A stretch of 64,000 nucleotides of DNA from Balanoglossus misakiensis (Eukaryota; Animalia; Hemichordata). The DNA lies in NCBI GenBank assembly GCA_040954595.2, contig CM082587.2:6561705-6625704 (forward strand), read 5' to 3'. Both the position numbers and the translations under genes were made by a program. Below, piece after piece: positions 41,346-54,598 of this stretch; the first letter of the stretch is position 1; every line of letters begins with the position of its first letter. Below the pieces are notes generated by a model that was not told where the DNA came from, made no database searches, and was given only the letters and a program-made list of their open reading frames with translations.

Positions 41346-44300
41346 GAAGTACCATCTGGCGTACAGTGGTGATCATGCTTTGTTTCATGCATGTCCATGG
41401 ATATTATAGACATTCATTTCTACATTCCTTGTTTTGCAGATGCAAAGACCAGATGGGGTATCCGGCAACCAAGCTGAGGACGAAGTGTCCATTTTCCGCG
41501 ATGCAGCTGTAACTGTTACTGGCAGTCAACAATGACCACCATGCATCCAATTGACAATTTTGTATTTCCATTGATGTTTACCAAGTTTATGCAATTCAAT
41601 GCTATGGTATGAGTCATAAGTTTATGGTTTCAAACTTTGAAATTAAAATTCTCAATGAACTAGATTAAAATGAAATACTTGTGTCTGTATCATTGTATTA
41701 CCCCAACACTGCCTTGATGTTGAGATAATTAAAACGGGTACGGTCAAAGGTCGGCCCGTTAATTTAAATCAAACTCTGTTGTCCCATTGAAACTCAAAAA
41801 GCGTCAGGTTTGCAAGCATTATATATACTGACGTATGGGGCGCACCACATAGGCTAACCATGTTGTCTTTGCTGTGAAATGCGTGTACATGGACAACATA
41901 AAGTTGTCAGTTGATAATTTAATTAATATCAATGTGATCATACACATTGATGAAGATGACAGGTACGTTTATTAAGACATTTTCAGCAAGCAGTTTCGGA
42001 TAATACAAAAATGACAACTATGATAATATTGACAAATCAATCGGTTTTGCATAAAAGATTGCCTAATGTGTCACGATAAATTCTGGAAATGCGTCTTACA
42101 AACACCAAAGTCAAACCATTAGCGCTATGAATTTTAAATATCAGTACATAGTATTTCCGTAGCGTGCAATTAAGTTCACGAGTTACTCTTTTAAACACTG
42201 TATGAAGACGTCAGTTCTTTACACTTATACGGCCATTCAGCGTATTTCGTATTGTATAAAAAAGCACATATTTCCAGCGGCGATGTTTGTCACATTTACG
42301 ACATTACAGGCGTTTTTGTGCACGTAACCTTTTGTCATAGCTAAGGCTTTTGGTGATTCTTGTAACAATCAGCCCCCCCCCCCCCCCCCCCCGCCTGTTC
42401 GTGCAAGTATTGTCAACCAGTTGAATGCGGTGCCCGACGTCACTCAACCATGTTGTCGGTGTTTTACGGCACAAATGGTTTTAATTAACGGTGGTTGCGT
42501 TGCCATTGTCCCGGTTGACAACTTGACGAACGCCGCCGCTGCCGATTGAATCCCCGGAGAGTGACACACGCGTGTTTGTGGTAAACTTCGCGGTTCTGAT
42601 AGTTATACAACACTGAAAAAGTCTCTCACCCCCGGAAATACCTACCGACCTAAAAAACATTAAGACACACACTCGTTATTTCAAAAATACTGCGTATATT
42701 GCGAGGATAACAAATTAACTACCATATTTGGGCATTTTACTTGTTGTAAATCTCTCCTAATGAACCATTTACGAGTTTTATTAGACACACGGCCGCTCCA
42801 TAATCCGGCCATTAAAATATAAATCCACCGAGGTCATCACATTATTCGGAATATCATTAATGCCGATAAATTACAATAATCCACTTAAATCGTTAGAATC
42901 ATCATAGGCGTAATACCTTATTTGCTTTTGGGAGAAAGACATCCCACGGAATCTGAAAGTATGGATTTTCCCATTTATAATTGCTTCTTCGGCGAGCACT
43001 TTGTAACACCGATACTGCGCGCACCTTTAGTGTAAAGAGGCATTTTCTTCTTCTATCATAAATACCATATATTATTATCACATGAACATGTGGGAAATAT
43101 TGGTGGTATTGTTATGGTTTTGGGTTTCTCTTTGATCCCCTCTTAATATTTTCAGTTCAAACTTCAATATTAAACTTAGTTGAAATATATAAGGCAGTCA
43201 ATTTAGTGGATAAATAAAAGAGGACCGAGTCAGCATTTCTTCACGATTGTTATATTTTTTACAGTGGATATAATCGATTCATGAAGCGTCAAACTCAAAG
43301 ACGTTGTCTTGACAGCAAAACCTGTACACACGAATTGGATCTATTCTGGGTTAATTGCATGTGGTTATAGTGTAAAGAATCTGACCGAAGTGCACGTGCT
43401 ATATAGGCCTATATATTTCTCATTTTGTTTTGTACAATGGCACGATAATAATTTTTTCTCAAGTACATAATTACACTTTTTACTGTGTCATGCAAGTATC
43501 CCCAAAGGTCCCAATCGTGTTTTAGCAAATTAAGTTAGAATTGTTTCGACTTATGTGTGCTGCTAATTAATGCGCGTTTCCAACGAACAGGGTAAAATTC
43601 CGGGGGGGGAACTAAAAATCTATGCCCACTGCCCAAATTCCTTGGCGACAGTACTGCCTGGCGACCACGGCGGCCACATCGAACTTGAAGTTGACATCAT
43701 TGTCGACGTCTCTTTTAGCACACTTTTATCTTTCGGCTATGTTAGACAAGTATGAATCCAAATTTTAGGATCGCGAAAAGCATAGTAATGTTCATTTTTC
43801 CGAATACTTATTGCGCGCAAAGCTCATGAAGGAGGGTAAAAAAATGCATGGCGGGCACCCCCCCCCCCCCCCAATGATCACTTGCAACTTATCCCGAAGT
43901 TTTTTCCAATCTCGCCATAAGTATGTATCTACGGGTTTGTAGTTAAAATGCTTTCCATGAAGTTCTAATAAAACAGGGATACATTATTTCAACAACTATG
44001 CACAAATTTCTTTTCGCGGTAGTTTTTTTTCTTATCCAAGCATAAGCATTTGAACGAAACCGTCGTCTACGATCCCCGGATTCTGTTGATCGTAACAAGG
44101 AAAATGACTTTTGACTTTTTCTCGCGAGAAACGACAATACCCCTCGAAAGATAGTCAAGACAGAAAAACTACCCATCCAAGACTATGTGACGTTATAATA
44201 CGCTGTGATATCTAATATTCACCATAAGCTGGAATCGGCATCGTAGCTTGATGCCAGGCAGGGCCAAAGAGTCCGAAAATACCTTTAAAATGCGTCTTAT

Positions 44301-44483
44301 CTATACTTTAATGACTCCCACGGCCAAACCACGTCCTAGAAACGACTTAAGTCACATTTGATCAAGCTGACATCATCGAAAATCAAGCTGTCGTGGTCTT
44401 TGAAAAAAACTTTACACCCGAAGAGTAATTCCAACCCAGATCACCTCTGCTCGATTGCGTGTGCTTTTACAAGAGAGACCGAC

Positions 44484-44759
44484 TCATTCCTGAACCCAAA
44501 ACACGTTTTCTTTGGTCGACTTCGGCTCTGAAATATGATATCGATCGACAGAAAGATCAATAAAGCCCGGGACACATCTCAAATGTCCGTCCCGGGAGAC
44601 CACGGGCGTGCAGAAAAATGAACGGCGTCTTACCCCTCCTCTCTTCCCGGTGAAGGCGCCGCGTCCCCTGTCGCGACCACGGCCACGACCGTAGATACCA
44701 GGCAGCGCATTGCTGATGATGAGTAAGGCCACTAGGAGTACGTGCACGGACACTTTCAT
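44484..44759 (-). CDS. Putative small secreted peptide precursor (91 aa if unspliced)
   Basis: Signal peptide MKVSVHVLLVALLIISNALPGIYG, then RGRGRDRGRGAFT-GKR, GGV-RRR and SFFCTPVVSRDGHLRCVPGF... GC-rich; TATAAAT on the minus strand at 44848-44842. The 3' part could instead be spliced at GGG|GTAAGA (44634/44633). Confidence 0.65.
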   Translation of the reverse strand: MKVSVHVLLVALLIISNALPGIYGRGRGRDRGRGAFTGKRGGVRRRSFFCTPVVSRDGHLRCVPGFIDLSVDRYHISEPKSTKENVFWVQE

Positions 44760-46340
44760 CCTGAGTCTTCTTCAACGCTAGGTCCAGAACAAAAGCTGCG
44801 CTTATTTTGTTTTTCCGTAATTTGACAGAGAATATGCCGCAATTTATACGCGCATAATGTATTCAAAATCCGGTGACGTTGCCTGATTCGCTGGTAATAT
44901 CTTATGTGCAATGCATCATGGGTCACCCACATCCGTCCCACGTGTTCAATCAACCATTTGCGGACAATTAGACGGAAGATTGGTAATTTTAATATTTGAA
45001 ATATCCGACATACATAAAATAACGGGCAGTGCCTTTGGGACTTGGAAAGTGTCGAGCCAAGTATGACTGAAAGTTTAGGCGTTAAATTTTGTAATATTGG
45101 CAAGTTTAATAAGCGAGATGTAACAAAATGTGTAGAAACGCCCTATTCCTTGCACATTGTACCGTCGTTTACTGACACTGTGTAGTTGACTAGCTGTCTG
45201 TGTCATCTCGTGCAGTGTGTCACTCAATCGCGAAGGATTAATATTTGAGCGACACCGGATTCTTCGTAGGCAGCGTGTATACCTGGTTGAGATGTCTTTA
45301 AAATTTCATTGCTTTTGGAAACGTGTGAAACTGTGACTAGGCGAAGCAAAAAGATAAGGCCGGGGTCATCGGGAGGAGGTTGATTTAGTATTAACGAGAT
45401 GGGCTCAGTCAGGCAATGCGGGGACATGCGTTTAACTTAAAAGGAGGGGTGCCCCGTGCATCAGACATTTTTGTTTTGTTTCTGACATTCAACCAGTTTC
45501 ATGTTACAGAACTACCCTATAGGCATCGTTGATTTGTCTGTGTGGACGCGACATTTTCTTTCAGTGCCGCACAAAAGCGGAAATTTTCTACGTCACAAGT
45601 TTTATCCCCAAGCACATTTTGGGACGGGGATATAACCAGATTATGGTTTTTTACTGCGTATCATAAAACGCGCCGTCGTTTCCCTCGTAACGGATTGAGA
45701 AACGACTCCAACACGAACCAGAAATACTGTAAACACTCATCTTTGTTACGACTCCCCACACACTTAAATACAGTAAAGAATTGAAGGGTTTGGAAGGAGT
45801 ATCTTTTTCTTCGATGCTACCAACGGTAGAATAGGAGCCCGTCAGAAAATGTCGACTTTGTCATTCTAAGAGTATATAAACACGTGTACACCTTTAAAAT
45901 AACCCCAAACAAAGTTTCTATTTTAAAAGCTTATGACAGGTAGAATTTCGGCTAAGAATTGTTTAAAACTTGGCTTTCTAGTTAAATAAACTAGCCATCT
46001 GCAAAGTTAGCACATGTTAAAGAATGCAGTGACAAAACGTATTCACCAATTTGACGAGATTATACGGCTTACAGTGACAAGACGTATGCGCAAACGCGGT
46101 CTCCTGACACAGAAGACGAGATTGTCACCGGCTTAAAATATCAACAGGTTGTGCGGCGTTGCTGTTCAGAGATTACAGCTAATCTCGCACTTCTAATTTT
46201 ATTGCATTTTAATCATTCAAAGCGAATAAACAAGCAAAGAAAATTAACAGACTTGGCAGAAGTGGTAACGGTGGCAGCGAGCTCTTTTAGTCCCCGCGAA
46301 TGAAGTCCGAAGGGGGCATAACGATTTGGCTCGGTCTATT

Positions 46341-46474
<134 letters not shown>

Positions 46475-49400
46475 AACCACCATTAGTATCTCTCTCCCCC
46501 CCCCCCGCCATATGTAACACCATCTACATGTACTATATAAATATCTTATTTCTTAGAATTTCTTCCAATCAGGCGGCCTCTTCCTTTACAATTTGGATGG
46601 AGTGCATCCAACCACATATCCTTGAGCTAAGCGGTTAAACAGCAGTATTTAATATACGTCTTTTTTATGTATTTCATTCGAAAGACGACGCGAAATCGAT
46701 TACACATTCTCTTGGCATTAATTTTGCATACATCTAATATTCTGTATTTTTCGGCTAGGTACTTCATAAAAAAGTGTATTCGTGTATTATTTTCATCCCT
46801 CCAGGGTTGAATAAAAAGTAGCAATTAAAACATACATTGTCACAATGTACAGTGCAGGGTCATCCTCGTTATCCGTAGATCCATATAAATCCTCGGCAAA
46901 TTTGATGTAGTTTACCATAACCATGCCATGACATAGAAACATAAAAGACTACAAAACACGCTTAGGTCTCGTACCACTTCACACACCTTGCGTGGAGTGG
47001 TCGTGGTTGTACAAAGCATAATAGTCAGTCATTATTTTTTTACAACGAAAGGCCAGAGGAAAACTTGTTTCGTTGGTTGTTTGGAGGAAACAGCTTTATT
47101 TTTCGTTCACATTTTAAACGAGTAAAACGAATAATTATATCTCAATCTACCCCTTTGGAGCGAACTGTGACATCATCGTGATGTCAGAGTAATGTTATAA
47201 CACGCATTCATGCAGTCAAAAATCTAGCTTCAGTCGTAGATGTAAAAAAATAGATATTCTCATCGGGGCCAAAGACAGACTCTCGGGATATGCGAAACGA
47301 AGAAAATGAAATCGCTACCCTTTTCGTATGGCTGCTGTAAAATCCATACGAAAACACGGTTCGTATGGACAGCTATAGCCAGCATGGATGGAATCGCCAC
47401 TCGCAGGGTTCGGGAGTTCAAGTGCGCGTCGATTCATCGAAGTGGTCGGGTTAGAGTCTTCTACTCTCTCTTCTCAGTCCCTTAACGAAGTGTGCCATTT
47501 TACTACACCGTGGTATTTCAACGTCTGCCACAGTGTTACTCGTTTACTTTTTTCCCCCGCAGTCCTGCGGCGGTGAAACCCGATGTGCTCATCAATTTTG
47601 CTGAACAACATACGTTGAATGCCGAGTAAGGTTATCACCGCGGGGCCCCTGGGAGATCTTTGTATCACTTTAACACATAACAATACAGATTGACGAGTCA
47701 GCTCGGCATTCTTCCCCTGAAATATTAAACACGGTCGGGTGATGACTATCGATATATCTTTATACCTCATTGAGCGTTATCTGATCCAAGTGATCACCCG
47801 AACGCATGCATTGGGAACAGCCATATTGACTAAATATGTCCAGTCTTCCTGTTCTAATTAGCAGCTTGAAATTATTAATATTCGAAGTGGAATGTGTTGA
47901 AAAACTTGTACTGTCAGGTATCGCCATATTGGTACATGTTATTATGATGCATATGTGTTAAAATTCCATTTCGCCCGACCGTAATTAATCTGTCGAGTGG
48001 GCAGTAGAAGACGAACATTTACTGTATCAACGCGGTAGTCCAGCCCGGCCGTGCACTAGTACGCGTTTGTGGGTCACTTTCGCAATTATTAGCACCGGTC
48101 TATTGCCCTTCTGCTTAAACCGCGTGATAAGACGCAAGGCGATGAAGGCAAGCCCGGGTGATGTATTTAATTGGCTGATGCCGTTTGTCGTGTCACTGAA
48201 ATGAAAGTTGCGAGATCTTGAAGAAAACTGCTAATAAGCGGCAGTTGTGTAACACCCTGTAAAGAATCGACCCTCTGAGAGAGAGAGATTTCTGACGACA
48301 GATTTTTAATTTGATGCCAATCACTCACGCATTCACCGATTATCTCAGCGCCCATCATAAGAGATTACGCGCGATAATTGACTAACTCTATTGACATTTC
48401 ATATTCATTAACTTCCTAATCTCCAATTTAATATTTGAAAGCCAAACTAATGTGTGTTTATGAATGTGATGACTTCCTTGGTGTGGGCTCGATGCAACTT
48501 TAGCCATTGTTACGATGGAAACTTGAGATCTATCAAATCACAGAGTTTCGCGGGATGAACCCGCAAAAAAAGTGCCACCAAGACTTAGATGAGCATAGGT
48601 AAATTATTCTATATACTTTGGTATCGGTACCCAAAATCAAAACTTTTTGTCCGACTTTTGTTCATACATAACGGTGAGGATGGCGGACAGGGCTGGATTG
48701 GCTCAGATCTAGCCAATCAATGATTTTAAGTGGGTGGCACACGCGAAAAAAGAGCGCCACATGTTCTCCAGAACCTTCAAATACGCCAATTCAGCCATAT
48801 ATGGGCGTCTGTAAATTGAAGGTGACCGTATACCTTTAAATAAGCGGAGACCTATGTCAAGATGGACGCGACAGCGAATAGTTGCTATTTTTGTTATAAA
48901 AATTATCGAAGCAGTAAAATTAGTTTAATACTTCCACAAATTTATGGGATATTAATCAGATCGCAATAAAAAATGACAGGCGATAACGATAGAACCATAT
49001 TTTAACGATTATCTAAACATGGGTAGCAAAGCGGAATAGATAAAGAATACCCTGTGGATACGCAGGTCATGGGTGTGCTCAGGGTTTAAATCTATCAAAG
49101 AAATCGGACATTCCTTTGGACAGTGCTGATGTTATGTTTTGTAGGCAACACTCATTTGTATAGCCTATATGCACGATAAAACATCTGGTCACGAGAACAA
49201 TTACACGCCATCCCTTGGACCATATATGGACAAGGGGCAATCAGTGGTTACGGGGTGATGTGCAGCCAGGGTTAAATTTTTAGCTGTAAGAAAAGGACGT
49301 TCCAGAAATCCCTCCATGTTCGTAGAATCCAGTCTTACTAACTTCTTTTACAACTCTCTTAAATCATCTAATTTGAGGTTATAAGTCGGAAAATTATCTT

Positions 49401-50349
49401 CTTCCACTCCGTCTGATCTCCGTCCATGACAAAAAGTAATACGAATCCGGTAATTAATTTTACACTATCGCCCGTAACCAGAAAACATACCAGATTACAT
49501 GTGAATACAAAATGAAAACGGAAGACACGCATTTTAAATAAATGACGAGCTCACGAATGTGGCATTAAATGAAATTATTCAGAGACTTTATTCCCCTATT
49601 AATAACGTTCCCTTCGTACGCTTACTATTTCGGGAGAGAGATTCGTGTAGAATTGGTCTTATATTGGACCACTAAATTCCCAAGCTGCCGCGGGGACTAC
49701 ATTATACTAGATTAGTTCAAAACTAGGATCTTAACAGCTATTCAGCTGAGATGTCGCTGACGCTCTCATTTTTCTCGGCTGTGATCACGTGACTTGTATG
49801 TGCAACGTGGTCGGCACCACATATCCGTGCGCGCGCACTGCACGGCTTCTCTTGGGTTGGGTACAGATCTCCGGAAAACGCATGACAAGTCAGAAAAATA
49901 TATACATTGACAACCAGCAGTGTCGCTGACCTTCTGAGTACAGTATGTATATGTATACAGAACATGACAAAAGTACAGAAAATATTCATGAAAAGTAGAG
50001 TTGCTGAAAATGGCATATAAAATTGTAAGAGACATAGATATTTGAATTATATCTTGCCCATCTAATATGTCCAAGGATCGTGATTTCGAAGTTCAAATGT
50101 ACAGCATCTTGTTCCTTTGTGTTGTGTCGAGGGAACAGCCGAATGGATGGGGCTTTGCTGATGGAGTAGAGGTGTTGATGCTGACAAACACGGTTTCCGA
50201 AACCATAGACCCTGGATCAAAACAAAGTCTTCAACAGATAAACAATAGTCTGAAATTTGCTTCTGTGTGCGTAACAGTTTGAATAATGATATGTACATTT
50301 ATTTTGTGTACTACCAGCCTTATAATGTTGCTTTGTCAATTCCCTGGGT

Positions 50350-51069
50350 TTAGCAGCTTGGGTTGAACCCAAATTTGCGTCTTACAACGCCGTTGCAGCA
50401 CATGTCGAAGTTTGCGTCGTATCCCTGTGAACCGCAACAGGCCGGAGAGATTTTCCCGCCTCTACCGACAACACTCGTGCCACAGCACATGTCGAAGTTT
50501 GCGTCATAGCCTCTGGATCCACAGCAAGCAGGACTTATTTTGCCGCCTTTGCTGACAATGGAGCTGCCGCAGCACATACTGAAATTGGCGTCGTAGCCTT
50601 GGTTACCGCAGCAGGCTGGCGATATCTTGCCCCCTTTGCTCACGAGTGAGTTGCCGCAACACATGCTGAAGTGTGCGTCATATGAACCACATCCCTACAG
50701 GAAGACAAATTATCACTTTTAACATACGTACTATACTGTTCATTTTATCCAACAACGTGTTCAGAAATCCTGATACAGAATATTTTGGTCATTCGTCCAT
50801 TGTTTGTTTTAGCCACAGGACGATGAGTCACTCATTCGCATACAACCGGCCGCTTTGTATTTTCCCCTTCCTCTACAGTCACTCCACACCACCACGGGGT
50901 TTCAACTTACCACAGGGGCGGGGTTACCTCCTCCGCCAGAGGGCGGACTTCCTCCTGACGAACCACTGCGTCGGCGGCGGCGACGGCGACGCCAGGCGTC
51001 TGTACTGACGAAACTGTCCACCAAGACAAACAACAGAAGCAGCGCCACCAACGGCTTACTAGTATTCAT
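50350..51069 (-). CDS. Galaxin-like secreted dicysteine-repeat protein, paralogue A (167 aa; coding exons 51069-50911 and 50694-50350)
   Basis: Exon 1: signal peptide, WRRRRRRRR and a Gly/Ser/Pro linker, ending at a phase-0 GTAAGT. Exon 2 follows ctgtAG and has ~4 copies of the 29-aa unit CCGxxGYDAxxxMCCGxxxVxKGGKISPA. AATAAA at 50303-50298. Confidence 0.85.
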
Positions 51070-51572
51070 AATGTTGCACTTTCTGTTGTAAAACCTACGA
51101 GAAACATGATTAATTTTAGGACAAGTTTGGAACAGAATTGTAATCGCATCCATATCGTGATCAGTTTATGAGGAAAGTTTGTGAAAGGCACACGCCAGGC
51201 CAGTACTCCGCTTGGTAAACATATATATGGTAGTTTCTGAATGGGCAGAGAGGGTCAGGTTCTTCCCGCATACAGCTATCTTGGCATTTTGTTTTCTAGC
51301 TCTGGTCTGTGGAGTCGGGCTCAGAGGCAAGCGAGCACTCTGCAAATTTGACTATATTGATGTGAGTCTGGCTATTAAAGTTTTTGTTGGGGAGATTCTA
51401 CCAATTATGATGTATGGTAGCGATTATCGTACGACAATATGAATGACTTGAGGTTTTTTTTTACCCATGAACCCGTATGTGCGTGAACGTTTGCCGCTTT
51501 ATAAAAAAGTTACGGTTTGTAAGTGCCGTGATTACAGATATACGACGACAGATAACGTAAACTTAAACTTAC

Positions 51573-51643
51573 CTGTGAGACAGTCTCCTTCAACCAATGG
51601 TAAAGCAAAGTGAATAAACCCTCCTGAAGACGACCCTTTTATA
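51573..51643 (-). promoter_or_regulatory. TATA box and non-coding exon 1 of paralogue A
   Basis: TATAAAAGGGTCG starting at 51643; Inr-like TCACTT ~30 nt downstream; donor CAG|GTAAGT at 51573/51572; acceptor cgtAG at 51095 just before the ATG. Confidence 0.7.
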
Positions 51644-52472
51644 GGCGCAAAACGATGCTGGCTATTAAACGTCCCCTTTAACTCGAATTGTGTACGACAC
51701 GGGTTCGTGGAAAGGCGGAACCGGGGCGGGTCATTCACGAACATCCGATGTAAACATTTATTGAACTCAAGGACATACAGCAAAACCATTCGATTTCTGG
51801 GTCACCCCCCCCCCCCAAACGACGCGCGCTTTTAATAACCTGAACCCTAAAGAACGATTCCGTCCCGTTTGACAAGACAGAGTGACCGGTTCATCAGCGA
51901 ATTCTTGTTGATGGTGCGTTACAAAAATCGACATCTCAGATAATTTCCCCGAAATGCCTTCGCCACCCCTTATAAACATAATGGTTCTTTCCTAACACTT
52001 GACGGTGCATCAGAATGTTTTGGTATCACGTTTAGTTAACAGTACAAGTAAGGTTAGTACAAGTACAAGTAGGCCTACTTGTACATTATGTTCTTGAACC
52101 ATAGACCCCGGAGTATTTTTCCAGGGTCTGTGCTTGAACTTGTGACTTTTCAAGCCCTGTTACTTCACTCCTACAGTCCATGCGCGCGCACAGGTCGTTC
52201 CCCTTTGTCCAAAAGTTTTTGGCCGGGGAATGACCTCATAGTTGAAAAACAAAGTCAGCTTTGGAAGAGAACGCAGTACATCACCACACATCGTATATAT
52301 ATAATAACGGAGACATCAGAAATGACATTTCGAAGACCCACGTTTATTATAGAAAGAAGAACACACATCAAAGTGATCATTATGATTTCAAATTCGCACA
52401 CGTAACACAGACATAAATTTTGCCAAATCTTGGCCGTTGTTTGAGCTTTTTCTACAATCTTAAAGTTAGCTT

Positions 52473-53445
52473 TTAGCAGGTTGTGTGACTCCCAACTCGG
52501 CGTCGAACAACTCCGTTACAACAGATGTTGACGCGGGCATCGTAGCCTACACTGCCGCAGCACGCCGGAGATATTTTCCCGCCTTTGCCGACGACGTTTG
52601 TACCACAGCACATACTTATACTTCCGTCATAGCCTGTAGACCCACAGCAAGCAGGACTTATTTTGCCGCCTGTACTGACAATGGAGCTGCCGCAGCACAT
52701 GCTGGTATGGGCATCGTATCCCCGTGAACCGCAACAGGCCGGGGAAATCTTTCCGCCTTTTCCGACGACATTGGTGCCACAGCAAATGTTGATATGGGCG
52801 TCGTAGCCTTGGTTACCACAACAGGCTGGCGATATCTTGCCTCCTTTGCTAACGAGCACGTTAACACAACACATGTATAAACGTGCGTCATATGAACCGC
52901 ATCCCTAAAGACGGAAACGAAACGCAATTACTCAGAAACTGTAAATACCGGTATGTCGTTTCAATGGCTTTGGCCTCCACAAACCAACCACCAGGTAAAA
53001 TCTAAACATTATGTGTAATCTTGACCATGCATGATCCCATGATTCATGTGTATATTCGGATTTCTGTTATTCTACCAGAAATGTTATAGCACCATCACGA
53101 TACGAGTCTCCTGAACATTTACTGAGGTTGTTAGAGATCGGTTAATTAATGTGTTTTGGGTGGTTTCAACATTTATCATATGCCATCATCATATATTAAC
53201 TTGTGATGAGACCTAGTCATTTTTTCTTGGCGTGCAGAATTTTTAGGACGCGTCTATCTTTTAAGTTGAAGGCAGATGTTACTCACAACAGAAGGCGAGT
53301 TGCCACCGCCGCCAGATTGCGGGCTTCCCCCTGATGAACTAGTATCGCGCCTTCGACGTCGGCGACGGCCCCACCAGGCGTCAGTACCGACGAAACTGTC
53401 CACGATGATAAACACCAGCAGTAGCACTACCAACTTCTTATTCAT
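52473..53445 (-). CDS. Galaxin-like secreted dicysteine-repeat protein, paralogue B (196 aa; coding exons 53445-53287 and 52904-52473)
   Basis: Same architecture as A: a 159-nt exon (signal peptide, WWGRRRRRRR, linker) ending at a phase-0 GTGAGT, then ~5 copies of the 29-aa CC repeat. AATAAA at 52348-52343. Confidence 0.85.
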
Positions 53446-53894
53446 CTTTTCTTCAAATCGCTGTCAAAAGTATGAATGAACAATTCGAAAGTCAATATCA
53501 TCAGGGACGTCATAGTGTGAACGATATAACAGTATGAGTACTATTACTAGTACCATGTATGTCCATCGACCTTCAATCTGAGCTTTGGACTTATTAATAA
53601 ACATGAAACATTTTACAATACCGCTGAAAAATGTCATTTGTACCAGAAATATATTTAAGTCAAACTTGTAAAGAACCACAGTGCGGTCCCAAGTTTTGAT
53701 CTTTATGCGTTATTATGGTAGGTAAACACCAAACAAATCATGATAATATGACAAATGTACATGTACATGTATTCATAATATTTAGCAGAAGGCTGACTGT
53801 GCAATTACATTTTGTATAAGCAAAACGATTAATGCCTGCCACTTTTTGAGAGATGGTATTGAGTACGAAAACCAGCTATGGGGACCGGACTTAC

Positions 53895-54140
53895 CTCGTG
53901 ACAATCTCACCAGTAGACAAAATAGGCCTATCTCCTGCAATGAAAGAAGTCGGCGTCGACCGACCCTTTTATATGCGCCCAAAAATTAAACTGAAGGTAA
54001 ATTATACCAATAGATGCGGCAGAATGACGTAGGATTTTCCGACCGTGCTTCGTTGTCCCTTGGAATTGACGAACTGGGTTTTCCCCTTTCACTTTCCCCT
54101 GGAAAGCAAAGGTCTCCACAAACCTCTCTGACGTAACCCA
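53895..54140 (-). promoter_or_regulatory. Promoter and non-coding exon 1 of paralogue B: TATA plus kB-like, IRF-like and CRE-like sites
   Basis: TATAAAAGGGTCG starting at 53973 (same 13-mer as in A); donor GAG|GTAAGT at 53895/53894; GGGTTTTCCC at 54076-54085; GAAAGTGAAA (minus) at 54096-54087; TGACGTA at 54025 and 54129. Confidence 0.6.
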
Positions 54141-54598
54141 CTGTCCATATTTGGCGCGACCTGATCAAAAAAGCACTATGAAACGGCAGGTTTGAACCCC
54201 CTTCTCGTTGTCCTTATTTGGTGTCTGGAAGTCATTGACATTTTTTATCTTTGTCCATGTAACAAAAGGGGTCGCATGACAGGTAGTCCATTATTATAAG
54301 CCGTCTATACAAAAGATCCTGTACAGGTCCGGGATCCGGGTTTCTATCGGTCCGTAAAGAGGTATTTTATGTCGTAAGCAGGTAGAACACGAGCTGTTGT
54401 TGGAGGGCTAATATAGCAGGAAATGGTGGGTAATATATGCTGGGTGTTTGGTCAACATATCGTCTGTTTTTGTTAGTGAAATCAGACGCAGATTCAAAGA
54501 GAAATTCATTTTGTGTCTGGTCTGTGTCTGAAATTCGGACTTCGTTGCTTCATTTCTAAACAGCGCACCCAACGCCGAAAACTGGTACAGTAAACAAA

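Larger units (their letters stand above)
37360..41670 (+). ncRNA. Putative multi-exon lncRNA
   Basis: Promoter-like ATTGG and TGACGTG at ~37275-37315. Donor GCG|GTAAGT at 37480; exons 38221-38288, 40447-40504, from 40571, 40996-41061 and from 41440, with ttgcAG/ttccAG acceptors and GT donors; ATTAAA near 41642. No spliced ORF found. Confidence 0.4.
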
